DNA of 64,000 nt from Eledone cirrhosa (lineage: Eukaryota). Numbering within the stretch: the first letter of the stretch is position 1; the number at the start of each line of letters is the position of its first letter. The DNA is taken from positions 129,084,001-129,148,000 of the forward strand of contig OZ024741.1 in the NCBI GenBank assembly GCA_964016885.1. The letters are read 5' to 3'. Of this stretch, positions 24,858-38,733 are shown one piece after another. The notes under the pieces are model-generated. The model was not told where the DNA came from, did not search any database, and saw nothing but the letters and a program-made list of their open reading frames with translations. The position numbers were made by a program, and so were the translations under genes.

Positions 24858-26529
24858 TTATATGATATATAGTGATGACGGTGTGCTTTGTTTTTGGTTA
24901 AAGCCTAAGAATCTACTTCCCCGCCCATACACACACTTTTCTGCGAACACATACACATCTATATAGTTAGTCATTGATACACATACATATAAACACGCAT
25001 ATATACACACATATACATGCATATATACACACACATACACACACACACACGTACAAATACAAATGTCCATACATGTATATATTGTCTTGATCTGCTTTTC
25101 ATGGTTGCATGGATTGGGCAGGTGACCATTGTCTGTCAGTTCTTACTTGGCTTTACTGCCCTCCTCTGCTGTTCTTAATGTTTTCTTCATGTGGGCCCTT
25201 TGTAGTTAATGAAGTTATTATCTTACCCCCTTATTGTTAACCTTTCAATACCAATCTGTCTGAGACTGCCCATGATTCTATTATACAATATCTATTATTT
25301 TAAATTGTATAAATTCAAATTATAGGTGGCGAATTGGCAGAGTCATTAAGATGTCAGATAGAATGCTTTACTGTATTCGTCCCACCTCATTGTGCATTCT
25401 GATTTCAAATCCCACCGTGGTTAACTTTGCATTTCATCCTTTCGAGGTCGATAAAAAAAGCACCAGTCTAGTACTGGGGTTGGTTCTTCCTCTATAGAAA
25501 AAAATTGGTTGTGTTCAGACATGGTGAGTGTTGAGCTCTGCCAGGTTTAAATGTGCCCTAGACACACTGTATGACGGTGCCTCTACAACTCCACAAGGAG
25601 TTATGGGATCTTTATCCTTTTTATCCTTTTATATTCAAATTATAACCTACTATAAGGTTATGTTGCAAATATAAATTTAACCCTTCTGATACCAAACTGC
25701 CTGAAATTGCCATTGTTTTACAATACAAAGCTGTTTATTTTAAAGTGTTTATATTTATTTAAAAAAACCCTTCCATTATAATTTTATGTAAAAACTTTAC
25801 TGTATTTGAAGTATAGGCTATTCAATATGGCAGTGTTGTTAGTGATTTAGATATTTGTTTCTTGTCTCTATGTCCTGAGTTCAAATCCTGCCAAAGACCA
25901 TTTTGCTTTTCATCCTTTGAGCATCAATAAAATATCAACCTAGTGTTGGTGTGGTCCTCTCTCTCTCTTTCTCTCCAGCTGTCATATTCTTGATATTCCA
26001 CTGGATCAAAAGGAAATGGTGTTGAAAGGGTTTCTGTCTGTGACTGCACAGGGACCTAAAACCCTTAGCAAAAGTATAGTAGATACTACCAATTCATTTT
26101 CAATTGCAAGTGATGACTAGTTATTTTAATTTTTCTTTTTATTATATATACAAAGTCTGACACATCACTGTTCTGAGTTCAAATCTTGTGAAGGTCAGCT
26201 AAGCTTTTCAACTCTGTGGTAGACTTCATCAGTTGGCTGGTTTAACATAAACCAACCATTTTGCCCTTGGGAGCCTGAAGCAAATCCTACTCTGGTGCAA
26301 GATACCTTCCTCTTCAGCTTCAGATGCCCTGAAAAGGATCGTGTGTACTTCTATCACTGATTAAACAGTTAAAAACAAACACAAATTAAAGCCCTGCCTT
26401 GCAAGTAGAGAAAACCTAGAATATCATTGATTAATTCCCCTTCCCTCATTAATTTGAGGGATAAGACATTGTTGGAGCCTCAACATGTTAGAAATACCAG
26501 CCAAATTTCCCTTAATTCACACCCTACCA

Positions 26530-26970
26530 TATTTTCTTTTCTCATACCAGTGATATATTGGTGCCACAGCCCAGTTAATTGACCACTTGACTGTATTTCC
26601 CTTTTCTCATACCAGTGATATACTGAGGTCTGAGTTTAATCAGTTGACCACATAACTGTGTTTCCTCTTTTTCATACTAGTGATGCATTGGGGTCACAGT
26701 CAAGTCAGTTGATCACACAGTTGCATTTCCTCTTTATCATATCAGTCTTATATATATTTGCAGCCACAGTCAAGATCACACATCTTTGTCTTATACCAGT
26801 TTTATATTGAGTCACTTGGCCACACAACTGTATTTCCTCTTTCTTACATTAGTGTTATATATATTTGGAGTTACAGTCCAGTCAGTTGTCAACAAGATCA
26901 CATATCTCTTTCTCATACCAGCGATATACTGATGTCTCACTGAAACCAGCTGAACACAAGAACATGTTCC
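26530..26970. repeat. Degenerate tandem repeat of about 60 bp
   Basis: Recurrent TCTCATACCAGTGATATA and CAGTTGA motifs. Confidence 0.65.
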
Positions 26971-27154
26971 TCCCTCCTTGATTATCTGACCTTACATCTT
27001 GGTCAAAAGAAATCGTTATAAATTGTCACATCATTAGTAATTTCCCTAGCCTCTCCTTTCACCCTTTCTTTGTCTTGTTTTTCTCCCTTATTCATTACCT
27101 CCTCTTCTGCCTTGCCCCCCCTCCTCTCTGTCTGTCTCTCTCTCAATCTTTCTC

Positions 27155-27219
<65 letters not shown>

Positions 27220-28090
27220 CAATGTACTGTTGCAGTTACAAACTTGCTTAACAACCTACCTGTGTTGCAATAATAACTCCAGCTGTTAATTACTTATCAA
27301 TATCTATGATGATGGTCTATGGGGCTGAGGCAATGTTGGATCCATTATATAGTCACATGCTAGAAATAGCAACCAAATATCCCCCTCAAATCACACCCCT
27401 GCCACTGTCTTAAAATATCTAACACATTTGGTAGATATTATCCTAGGTTCCCGTCATAAAGGCAATAAAAGACAAGATAGTCATGGCTGGAATGTATGTG
27501 ATTGTGGGTGTATTCAGTCTGGGTTGACCTAGGGCTAAACAATGTATTGATATCTATTTCTGCCACTAATATTGTTACTGATGTTGCTGTTGTTACTGAT
27601 GTTGCTGTTGTTGCAGCTGCTGCTGCTGTTGTTGTTGTTGATGTTAATGTTGTCGCTGTCGTTGCTAATGTTAGTGTTGATGTTGTTGTTACTGATGTTG
27701 TCGCTGATGTTGCTAATGTTAGTGTTGTTGATGTTGTTCCTGTTTTAGTCACTGTTGTTGTTGTTACTATTGCTGATGTCTGTTTGACTGAGAGAGACTG
27801 TGATTGTGTTCAATTGTTTCTGTGTGTGTGTGTGTGTGTATTTGTTTTTTGTTTGTGTGTTTATAATTTATGGCACCTGTTACCAACACTACTCTCACTA
27901 TTGCCAGCACCACCACCACAACGCCACCACCACCACAACGCCACCACCACCACCACCACATCATCACCATCACCACCATCATCATCATCAATATCACTAT
28001 CACTGTTTTTTTATGAATGTTTGATCAAATTTCTTTGAAATGTGCATAAAATATTTATATATATATATTAAATGATAAGGATGATGATAA

Positions 28091-28149
<59 letters not shown>

Positions 28150-28342
28150 TTATGTGTGTGTGTATTTGGATATGTGTAGGTGTTAATGTGTAAGTCAGAA
28201 GTATCATCATCACACACACTCATAAGCATGTAGATATTATATTAATCAATGAAATGATGATGTGGTGGTGGTGGTGGTGTGTTTGTGTATGTGTGTGAGA
28301 GTAGTCAACCTAGTTTGTCCAGGAATATATACACACAAACAC

Positions 28343-28407
<65 letters not shown>

Positions 28408-28619
28408 GAACTCATCCTGTGTTGGTGGCAGACCTAAGGTCTCCCAGGATTGTGGTTGTGTCTTTTACAATCTGTTTACACTACTTTGCTCCTAGTCATA
28501 CGTGAGTTTAAATGCTGTTAGCCCCCACTAACATTGCTTTTTTTTAAAAAATCCTTTTTTCTATTTTCTCTTTGAAAAAAAAATGTTATTAATGTGTGTC
28601 TGCATGTCAGTTTATGTAC

Positions 28620-29180
28620 ATCTTAATATTAACACCATTTAAACCAAGTGGTAACATTTGTTTATGCCCTATCTTAATATTAATTCCATTTAAAACAAGT
28701 GGTAACATTTGTTTATGCCCTATCTTAATATTAATTCCATTTAAAACAAGTGGTAACATTTGTTTATGCCCTATCTTAATATTAATTCCATTTAAACCAA
28801 GTGGTAACATTTGTTTATGCCCTATCTTAATATTAACACCATTTAAACCAAGTGGTAACATTTGTTTATGCCCTATCTTAATATTAATTCCATTTAAACC
28901 AAGTGGTAACATTTGTTTATGCCCTATCTTAATATTAATTCCATTTAAAACAAGTGGTAACATTTGTTTATGCCCTATCTTAATATTAATTCCATTTAAA
29001 CCAAGTGGTAACATTTGTTTATGCCCTATCTTAATATTAATTCCATTTAAAACAAGTGGTAACATTTGTTTATGCCCTATCTTAATATTATTTCCATTTA
29101 AAACAAGTGGTAACATTTGTTTATGCCCTATCTTAATATCAACACCATTTAAAACAAGTGGTAACATTTGTTTATGTCCT
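28620..29180. repeat. 51-bp minisatellite (11 copies)
   Basis: Unit ATCTTAATATTAATTCCATTTAAAACAAGTGGTAACATTTGTTTATGCCCT. Confidence 0.97.
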
Positions 29181-30300
29181 GCCTAAAGCATACACCCCCA
29201 CAACATAGCAGGTTGGTGAAGACAGCAGTATATACCATACTTAATGACACCAGGAAAGGGATCTTGCCATAAAAAAAACTACCTAAAAAGTCCTTGTCTA
29301 ACCCATACCTACAAGATCAAAAAGACAGAAAAACTATATTATTCTATCCCCGCTTACTGTTGATTGAGCATACCTATGATAGTCTTGTTTATGCTGTTGT
29401 CCTGTTGCTTTTCAGACACAGTGTATCTAAGACTACATTATCCAATGTGTATTTTTCTTTTAATGATGGTAGGGAGTAATTGGAGGGATATTTAGCTGCT
29501 ATATCTAACATGTTGACTGAACCTGTGGACAGACTGGTTGATCTGTTTTGCCATGAAATGACTTCATTATCATCATCACTGTTATTCCATGCTGGCATGT
29601 GTAGCTGGTCTGTCTCTGAATATATCTGTATGTATAAGAGAAGAGAGGTGTATATGTAAGCATATACACTTTATGTATAATAAAAGTAAGTCTTGCTGTG
29701 GGTATTTTAAGCTTTGTTCATGTCATAACTACTTCAGTCACATGATCACACCTTGAAATACCAACATTGAGACTTAGCATATATACTCAAATATAAGCCA
29801 ACTCCTTATTTTACGTCTGAGAAATAGGCAAAAATCCAAACTCTGTTTTTTAAGAAGCAGCAGGTAATCAACACATTATAATTAAATGGTGTAGATTTTG
29901 AAATTCTCATGAGTAGAGAATATATTTATGAAGTTTTAATATTTTGATATTTAAAATGTTCTGTGTTTAGAGTATAGTTTTTGTTTCACAAATCCATTAG
30001 TTGTTAGACAGTATGCCCCCACCCCCTCCCACTGTAAAGTGGTCGTGTCGGTGTCTCAACAAAAAGCACCCAGTCCACATTGTAAAGTGGTAGTGTAGGT
30101 GCCATGGTAAAAAAACACCCAGTACTCACTGTAAATGAGGTTGGTGTTAGGAAGAGTATCCAGCTGTAGAAATAAAGCCAAAATCAGTTCTGTATGAGCA
30201 AGACATGGTCACCTGACCTGGCATGTCCCACAACAGGACAACCAGTCTAACCCATGCTAGCATGGAAGAATGGATGTAAAACGGTGATGATGGTGATGAT

Positions 30301-30535
30301 AGCTGTTGGGACACTGCATCCTTCAAAACTTTCATGCTTCCTGAAATTCGCCAACACTACACCTGGTATTTCCCATCCATACACACGCACGCAGGTGTCT
30401 GTGTGTTTATCATGATTCATACAATGTTCACTTTCTTGACATTTGTACATTATTCTATGTACTATACATGCACCTTTCATGAGTTGTAGTGCACCTGAGC
30501 ACTGTACACAATCATTTTCATTATTATTTATTATG
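30301..30535 (+). mobile_element. Probable CR1/L2-type LINE 3' end with (ATT)n tail
   Basis: DTASFKTFML-like ORF end, non-coding tail, ATT-rich terminus. The assignment is from memory only. Confidence 0.4.
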
Positions 30536-30543
30536 TAAATCCA

Positions 30544-30730
30544 GGGCGGTGGATTGGCAGTATCGGTAGAGGGTCGGACGCCATGCTTTCCAGCATAGTT
30601 ACGTCCCTTTACGATCTGAGTTCAAATCCCGCCGAGGTTGACTTTGCCTTTCATCCTTACGGGGTCGATAAAATAAAGTACCAGTAATGCACTGGGTAAT
30701 TGTTGGCCTTGTGCCTAAAGTAGAAACAAT
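30544..30730 (+). mobile_element. SINE family A
   Basis: Full-length, flanked on both sides by ATTATTATTTATTATGTAA. Confidence 0.9.
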
Positions 30731-30894
30731 TATTATTTATTATGTAATCATTTTTTTTACCAATTTCTCTATATAGGGGTGAATGTGTATATAAGGTATG
30801 TGCATATTGTAGTATGTCTGAAAGTGTATATCTGTGTTTTAAAAGTGTGTGCATGTGTTTGTTTAGATGTTTGGTTATATTTGGGTTTTTCATG

Positions 30895-31545
30895 TCACTA
30901 TCATCATCATCACCACACTATCACCACCACACCATCATCACCACCACCATCACCACCACCACCATCATCACCACTCTATCAACACCATCACCACTCTATC
31001 ATCAACATCATCACCATTATCATCAACATCATCACCATTATCATCATCACCATTATCAACATCATCACCACTACCCTCATCACCACTCTATCAACACCAT
31101 CACCACTCTATCAACACCATCACCATTATCAACACCATCACCATTATCAACATCACCATTATCATCAACACCATCACCATTATCATCAACATCATCACCA
31201 TTATCAACATCATCACCATTATCAACATCATCACCATTATCATCATCACCACTCTATCAACACCATCACCACTCTATCAACACCATCACCATCATCAACA
31301 CCATCACCATTATCATCAACACCATCACCATTATCATCACCACACTATCATCACCAACACCATCAGCATCACCACACTATCATCACCACCACCATCAGCA
31401 TCACCACACTATCATCACCACCACCATCAGCATCACCACACTATCATCACCACCACCATCATTATCATCACCACACTTTCACCATCACCATTATTATCAT
31501 CATCATCATCATCAATCTACTATCATCACCATCAACAACACTCCA
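30895..31545. repeat. (CAT/CAC/CAA)n cryptic trinucleotide tract
   Basis: Almost G-free + strand, which explains the stop-free ORFs in all three frames. Confidence 0.95.
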
Positions 31546-31621
31546 CTGTAAATACGATCATCCCTACTATGGTATGTTGAGTGAAGAATCTGTTGTACAT
31601 GTGTAAATATGTGTATATATG

Positions 31622-32520
31622 TATATGTCTCTTATATAGATGTATAGTTATATATGTCTCTTATATATATAGATGTATAGTTATATATGTCTCTTATATA
31701 TATAGATGTATAGTTATATATGTCTCTTATATATATAGATGTATAGTTATATATGTCTCTTATATATATAGATGTATAGTTATATATGTCTCTTATATAT
31801 ATAGATGTATAGTTATATATGTCTCTTATATATATATAGATGTATAGTTATATATGTCTCTTATATATATATAGATGTATAGTTATATATGTCTCTTATA
31901 TATATATAGATGTATAGTTATGTCTCTTATATATATAGATGTATAGTTATATATGTCTCTTATATATATAGATGTATAGTTATATATGTCTCTTATATAT
32001 ATAGATGTATAGTTATATATGTCTCTTATATATATATAGATGTATAGTTATATGTCTCTTATATATATATAGATGTATAGTTATATATGTCTCATATATA
32101 TATAGATGTATAGTTATATATGTCTCTTATATATATAGATGTATAGTTATATATGTCTCTTATATATATATAGATGTATAGTTATATATGTCTCTTATAT
32201 ATATATAGATGTATAGTTATATATGTCTCATATATATATAGATGTATAGTTATATATGTCTCTTATATATATAGATGTATAGTTATATATGTCTCTTATA
32301 TATATATAGATGTATAGTTATATATGTCTCTTATATATATATAGATGTATAGTTATATATGTCTCTTATATATATATAGATGTATAGTTATATATGTCTC
32401 TTATATATATATAGATGTATAGTTATATATGTCTCTTATATATATATAGATGTATAGTTATATATGTCTGTTATATATATAGATGTAGAGTTATATATGT
32501 ATGTATGTCTTATATATGTA
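31622..32520. repeat. 33-35-bp minisatellite with a variable (TA)n in each unit (roughly 26 copies)
   Basis: Unit ATGTCTCT(TA)5-6GATGTATAGTTATAT. Confidence 0.95.
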
Positions 32521-32524
32521 GATT

Positions 32525-32934
32525 TAGACAATGTCACTGGACCGAGATCTTTGGCGCTACACAGTAATACAGAAGACTCGCCTTGCCTAAGTACAAAGCG
32601 AAACCTACAGTCAGTAGGCACCTCTAACAAAAATACACCCCCGTCCCACCCCATCTACACCACCCCTTTCGATGTAAAGTTATGTTAGTCCCACAACATC
32701 CAGTCCGAAATAAATGAGGTCGTGTAGGTGTCGCAACAAAAAAACACACAGTCCACGGTAAAAACCTCCCAGTCTACACTGTAAACGTGGTTGGTGTTAG
32801 GAAGGGCATCCAGCCGTAGAAAACCCGCCAGACAGTCCTATACGAGCAAGATAACCAATCTTGCCTCAAGTGGGAAAATTCCCGTCCAAACCCATGCAAG
32901 CGTGGAAGATGGACGTTAAAGGATGATGATGATG

Positions 32935-32935
<1 letters not shown>
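32525..32935 (+). mobile_element. RTE 3' end (last codons and 3'UTR)
   Basis: Closely colinear with 37205-37660. Similar tails at 14258-14625(-), 19325-19740(-), 30020-30300(+) and 51090-51760(-). Confidence 0.85.
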
Positions 32936-32966
<31 letters not shown>

Positions 32967-32988
32967 GTATTTATTTAGGTACCTCTGT

Positions 32989-33021
<33 letters not shown>

Positions 33022-33023
33022 AC

Positions 33024-33390
33024 CGAAGGTATCTCAAAAGGTTGAAGCTCTTTCACCAACAGTGTCTCTGATGTATTGAGTTTGGTTTGCCTGATATCTT
33101 GGCATGCAGGTTAATTTAACCTGTAAAGAATGTGGCTGGTTATGTCTAAGTAGGTGTGGTCTTGGAAGTCATTGGGGAAGCCACGTACATGGAGGCATTG
33201 TCAACTGTGCATTGTATGGCATTTCTGTTTGTGAGGAGTGTGGAAAAGAGTGTGCCTCAGTTGGTGGACTGAAGCTTTATTTGAAAGTGCACCAAAACGG
33301 GACCATAACACCTACTGTGAGAGGCCCCCATTGTTGCAAGATCTGTGCAAGAGTGCAAGTCTCTAGCAGGACTAAAAAGCCATGTCTTTA
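33024..33390 (+). pseudogene. BovB-type RTE remnant with three degenerate C2H2 zinc fingers
   Basis: RRYLKRLKLFHQQCL (RTE post-RT motif), then CKECGWLCLSRCGLGSHWGSH, CEECGKECASVGGLKLYLKVH and frameshifted CKIC..ECKSLAGLKSHV. Confidence 0.65.
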
Positions 33391-33665
33391 CTGCTCATGT
33401 TTATGTATCAAGTTGCAGCCATTATCATGTATGTATACATGTCTCTGTTATATACATATATGTATGTGTGTGTGTGTTTCTCTGTAACTGCTGACAGTGT
33501 CACACTTTCATTTTACCTTCTTACAATACAGTCAGTCACCATGGCTATCACTGACTGACCAAGAGTGGGAGAAGCAGTTCAAATTATATTCATTAAGTCA
33601 TTATTTCCTCCCTATCTCTCTCTCTCTTTCTTTCTTTCCCTCTATCATCATCATCATCATATATA

Positions 33666-33736
<71 letters not shown>

Positions 33737-34190
33737 CTCTTATATATATATATATATATATATATAATCAGAATGGAAGTAAAAACCAGTTAGATCATGA
33801 CTCAACAGAGTACTCAATACTTGGGGTAGTAGAGTGGGTAATATGAAAACCTTGGGACCCCAACAGCTGAGCTCCTACCATTTCAACAGCTGGATTGAAA
33901 CTCCCGTTGAAACAGCAGGAGCTCAGGTGGTCCCGAGTTTTTCATATATATACATATATATATATATATATGTTATATCTGTAAACATACTGAGTATAAC
34001 CGAGACTAACTGCACTAATGTGTATAAATATATACACATATCAAATATGTAGGCATGTAAACATGCCAGAAAACAAAGTTCCCTGTAAATTGAAAAAATG
34101 ATAAACATCTTCAATCGATTTCAGATCTAAGCTTCGGCTGCTAGCACACTTTTTACTATATATATATATATATATAAAAATAAACAAACA

Positions 34191-34397
34191 CAGGGTGGGC
34201 CTTAAGTTGCACACCAACAGCGTAAGCTGTCATGCAAAATGTCAACTATTGGATTTAATCAGTACCTTAAAATCACAGATGGTAGAATGATGAAAATGTT
34301 ACCTTTGTTATTTCAATATAATTTTTGTTATTAATACAATGTACATGTTTATTAAATTGTTTTTACTGCTTTGGTACGTGACTTACGGTCCACCCTG
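34191..34397. mobile_element. Tc1/mariner-type MITE
   Basis: CAGGGTGGGCCTTAAGT ... ACTTACGGTCCACCCTG TIRs. Confidence 0.7.
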
Positions 34398-34744
34398 CAT
34401 ATATATATATATATCTTTCACATGTGTGTAGTAGTGGCGCCCACACACATTATTAACTATTTGAAAAGATGATGGATTTCGCAACTAACTGCACCAGGGT
34501 TCCTGAATTCTGGGGCATGAGAATGAGATCCGTCATCTCGACAGTAGTCGACGAATGAATGAATGAATGAATGAATGAATGATATATATATATGACGAGT
34601 AAGTATGTTTTGAAACAGTGAGCAGGTTTGAAATTAGAAAATAGAATAGCTTTCACCGTATTTTTGACTCATCTTTTCCCATTTATCTGAGGGTTCTAAA
34701 CCCCATTATCAGGCTAAAATTTATTTAGTCAAAAATATGGTGAA

Positions 34745-34781
<37 letters not shown>

Positions 34782-34782
<1 letters not shown>

Positions 34783-34903
34783 CAGGTGTTTCAAAAAGTT
34801 TGATATCATTTGAAATGTAAATATCTGTGTACCTACATCTGGACAAATGAAACAAGCAAGTTATTAGATTACAAAATGATACCAACTTTTCTGAAACACC
34901 TTG
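34782..34903. mobile_element. Tc1/mariner-type MITE
   Basis: CCAGGTGTTTCAAAAAGTT ... AACTTTTCTGAAACACCTTG followed by TA. Confidence 0.7.
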
Positions 34904-35058
34904 TATATATCCCCTCTCTGTCTTCTGGTTTGTTCTCTCTCTCTCTCTGTCTCTCTCTATTTCTCTCTCTCGTGTATGTCTCTCTGTCAACCAGCCTGTC
35001 TGTTGATGAGGAAGTAACCAGGTCATAGAGACTTGCTCTTTCAAGTGACCAGGTCATT

Positions 35059-35094
<36 letters not shown>

Positions 35095-36097
35095 GGGCTG
35101 TGTGTGTGTGTAAATATACATTGTATGAATGTGTTTGGTCTCACATCCTCTCTCTGTATCAGAGAGCACATACACATGTGCATACTTGCTCACATATACA
35201 CATGCACATGAACACACTTGTACACATACACATATGTAGACATGCACGCATGTACTCCTCACACTAGATTACTTCATGCAGGATATAAGTAATGATTAAT
35301 AAATGTGATGAAATAATGAGAAGATTTAAGCTCCTTACTGTTGTATTATTTATATGTTGGCATCAAGGTTAGATTGACATTTCCGACCAACGTTGCCTCA
35401 AGTGGGACAACTCCCGTCTAACCCATGCTAGCATGGAAGATGGACGTTAAACGAAGATGATGATGATTATCTTAGCATATTTAGTAAACATTCCCCCTCC
35501 ACTTCCACTCACCCCACAGACACCCCTTTCCATATATATAAATGATAGGTCTGACAGAGGAATGTTGTTCATGGTATGTATAAAGAGGCACCCAATCCAC
35601 TCTGTAAAGTGGTAGTTCTGGTGCTATGCTAAATTGCACCCTGTCCACCCTGTAAAGTGGTAGTGTTGGTGCCATAATAAAATGCTCCCAGTTCACCCTG
35701 TAAAGGGGTATTTCTGGTGCTACGCTAACATGCTCCCAGTCCACCCTGTAAAAGGGTAGTTCTGGTTCCACACTAAAATGTTCCCAGTCCTCTTCGTAAA
35801 GTGGTAGTGTTGGTGCCATGATAAAATGCTCATAGTGCATATATATGCAACAAAAAAATATATTTTTTATCGCATCACCAGTCTGAAGAGCAGATCAATA
35901 ATGGAACTGGGTCCATAACTTCTATTAGTGACCCTGAGCCAATTTTCTGTAAAATGCGAGTAACAGGTCGATACACAATAAAAATCTAAATACATGTAAA
36001 CGAAACTTCATTGTTCTTATTAATATATACACTCTGCCTGTGCACTGAGTGCTTGTGTTGGTACCACCACCAGTAATTAACTGAATCACACTATATA

Positions 36098-36174
<77 letters not shown>

Positions 36175-36175
<1 letters not shown>

Positions 36176-37269
36176 CTAACAACGAATATAGTGAAGAGTT
36201 TAGCGTAAAAGTTGGCGTCCATCAGGGCTCTGTTCTCAGCCCCCTACTATTTATTATTGCCCTTCAGGCTATAACAGAGGAGTTCAAGACAGGCTGCCCA
36301 TGGGAACTCCTATACGCAGACGACCTGACACTCATAGCGGAATCAATGGCCGAGCTAGAGAAGAAATTCCAAACATGGAAGCACGGCCTAGAGTCAAAAG
36401 GACTTAAAATTAACCTGGCTAAGACAAAAGTTCTAGTTTGTAGGAAAGAAAACAAGGCGGCGGTCCCTTCTGGGAAATGGTCGTGCTCGGTGTGTAGGAA
36501 AGGCGTAGGTAGAAACTCCATTTTATGTCCTAAATGCAAAGTATGGGTGCATAAAAGATGTAGTGGGATCACAGGTAAGCTAACTAAGAACATAGATTTT
36601 ACATGTGGCCGGTGTTCTGGTGCAATAAGTAGCAGCAAGTGCCCACAAAATTCTAGCTCTTTCAATTGCGCAGAGGGTTCTATAGAAATAGTGGACAGCT
36701 TCCGTTACCTGGGCGATAAAATCAGCAGTGGGGGAGGGTGCTCTGAAAGTACTGTAGCTAGAGTCAGAACTGGTTGGAAAAAGTTCAGAGAGCTTATACC
36801 ACTATTAGCTGCTAAAGGGTTCTCCCTAAAAATGAAAGGCAGGTTGTACGATGCCTGCATACGAACAGCAATGCTGCATGGCAGTGAGACCTGGGCATTG
36901 TGTGCAGAGGATATACGCAGACTAGAGAGGAACGAAGCTTGCATGCTCCACTGGATGTGTAACAGTAATATACGTGAACGGCAAAGCATAAACGAACTAA
37001 GGAAAAAATTAGAGATAAGAGGGATCAGATGTTGTTTACTCGAGAGAAGGCTACGTTGGTATGGACACGTGATGCGCATGAAAGTCGATAGCTGTATAAC
37101 AAAGTGCAGGGCAATAAAGATAGACGGTAGTCACGGAATAGGCAGACCTAGAAAAACCTGGGACGAGCTGATAAACTCCGACATCACACACTTACACCTC
37201 TCCAAGACAATGTCACTGGACCGAGACCTTTGGCGGTACTCAGTAACAGAGAAGACCCGCCTTACCTAA
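36175..37269 (+). CDS. C-terminal half of a non-LTR reverse transcriptase (RTE type) with an internal PHD finger; 5'-truncated
   Basis: GVHQGSVLSPLLF, YADD (36313-36324), INLAKTKV, FRYLG, LHGSETW, RLRWYGHVMR and GRPRKTW all lie in one open frame. Confidence 0.9.
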
Positions 37270-37660
37270 ATATATAGTAAAACCTACTCCAGCCAGTAGG
37301 CATCTCTAACAAAATACACCCCGTCCCACCCCCACCACCCCCACCCCATCCACACCACCCCGTTCTATGTAAAGTTATGTTGGTGCCGCGCCATCCAGGC
37401 CGAAACAAATGAGATCGTGTAGGTGTCACGACAAAAAAACACACAGTCCACGCTGTAATGTGGCCGTGTAGGCAACACGGTAAAAACCTCCCAGACCCAC
37501 ACTGTAAATGTGGTTGGTGTTAGGAAGGGCATCCAACTGTAGAAAACCTGCCAGACAGTCCTATGCGAGCAAGACAATCACTCTTGCCTCAAGTGGGACT
37601 ACCCCCGTCCAAACCCATGCAAGCGTGGAACACGGACGTTAAACGTTGATGATGATGATG
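36175..37660 (+). mobile_element. Young 5'-truncated RTE-clade LINE
   Basis: Intact ORF to the stop at 37269, then a 3'UTR with sub-repeats and a (GAT)n tail. Starts directly after a (CT)n/(TA)n tract. Many CpGs are intact. Confidence 0.92.
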
Positions 37661-37695
37661 AAACGGCTAGAGCTCAGCCATCAGGTCCCAACTCC

Positions 37696-37731
<36 letters not shown>

Positions 37732-38101
37732 ATTCCATTTTGAAAATTTGTTGTGTTTACATATGATTTTTTAAGTAGTTGGATTTGATTAAATTTGATT
37801 GAAGTAGTCAAATATTAGCGATCCTAACACATACAAATATTACCGATGTAACACATACAAAGAAACACGTGTCAGTGTTATGCAATAAATGAAATTCCCA
37901 CTCTTCTGGAATGTGGTGTTTTAAATAATAATTTTCTAAAATTCTATATATACTCCATAAATTGTTACATTTGGAACCTATAGTGGATTTCAGAACAAAA
38001 TAATTCAACTGTTGAGTAAAACCCTACTGTAAGCAGCTTCAGTTTTCTTTTTTACATGATCAAAATAATTGATTACACTGACAGAAACTGAATAATGCTA
38101 T

Positions 38102-38199
<98 letters not shown>

Positions 38200-38366
38200 G
38201 TACAGATTAAAGTTTAAGCAGGAATTCTTTGCTTAAACTTTAATCTACTAATAATAAATATTTGCTCTACGTGTTTATATATACACACACACACACACAC
38301 AGTCCTTATCGAGCCCTCTTCGGATTTTAGTCCTTATATTTATTATTATTAGTATATATATATATA

Positions 38367-38545
38367 TTTGTTTCTACTTTAGGCACAAGCCAGCATTACT
38401 GGCCCAGTGCATTACTGGTACTTTATTTTATCGACCCCGTAAGGATGAAAGGCAAAGTCAACCTCGGCGGGATTTGAACTCAGATCGTAAAGGGACGTAA
38501 CTATGCTGGAAAGCATGGCGTCCGACCCTCTACCGATACTGCCAA
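38367..38545 (-). mobile_element. SINE family A
   Basis: Reverse-complement copy almost identical to 30544-30730. Confidence 0.9.
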
Positions 38546-38733
38546 ATATATAATAAGAGGTTGATGGGCCTAGAATAAGGTTTCCCTGCTAGTATCAGTA
38601 CTGAGGTGCAACGTACTCAATAGGTAAGGTTATGTATAAATTATGTATAAATTAAGGTTATGTATAAATCCCAGAGTAGATATAAAGTTATTTGCCTCAA
38701 TACAACACATGTAAATGGGTACCATAAATTTAT

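Noticed and set aside
26190-26240. Minus-strand CTGATGA...GAAA hammerhead
   Set aside because: No stem I next to the core, and the GAAA lies in a decayed SINE A segment.
28596-29186. 17-aa repeat proteins on both strands
   Set aside because: The 51-bp unit is a multiple of 3 and lacks a stop in those frames; the ORFs end at the array edges and have no splice signals.
30779-31606. His/Thr/Ser-rich ORFs in three frames
   Set aside because: A G-poor trinucleotide tract rarely encodes stops.
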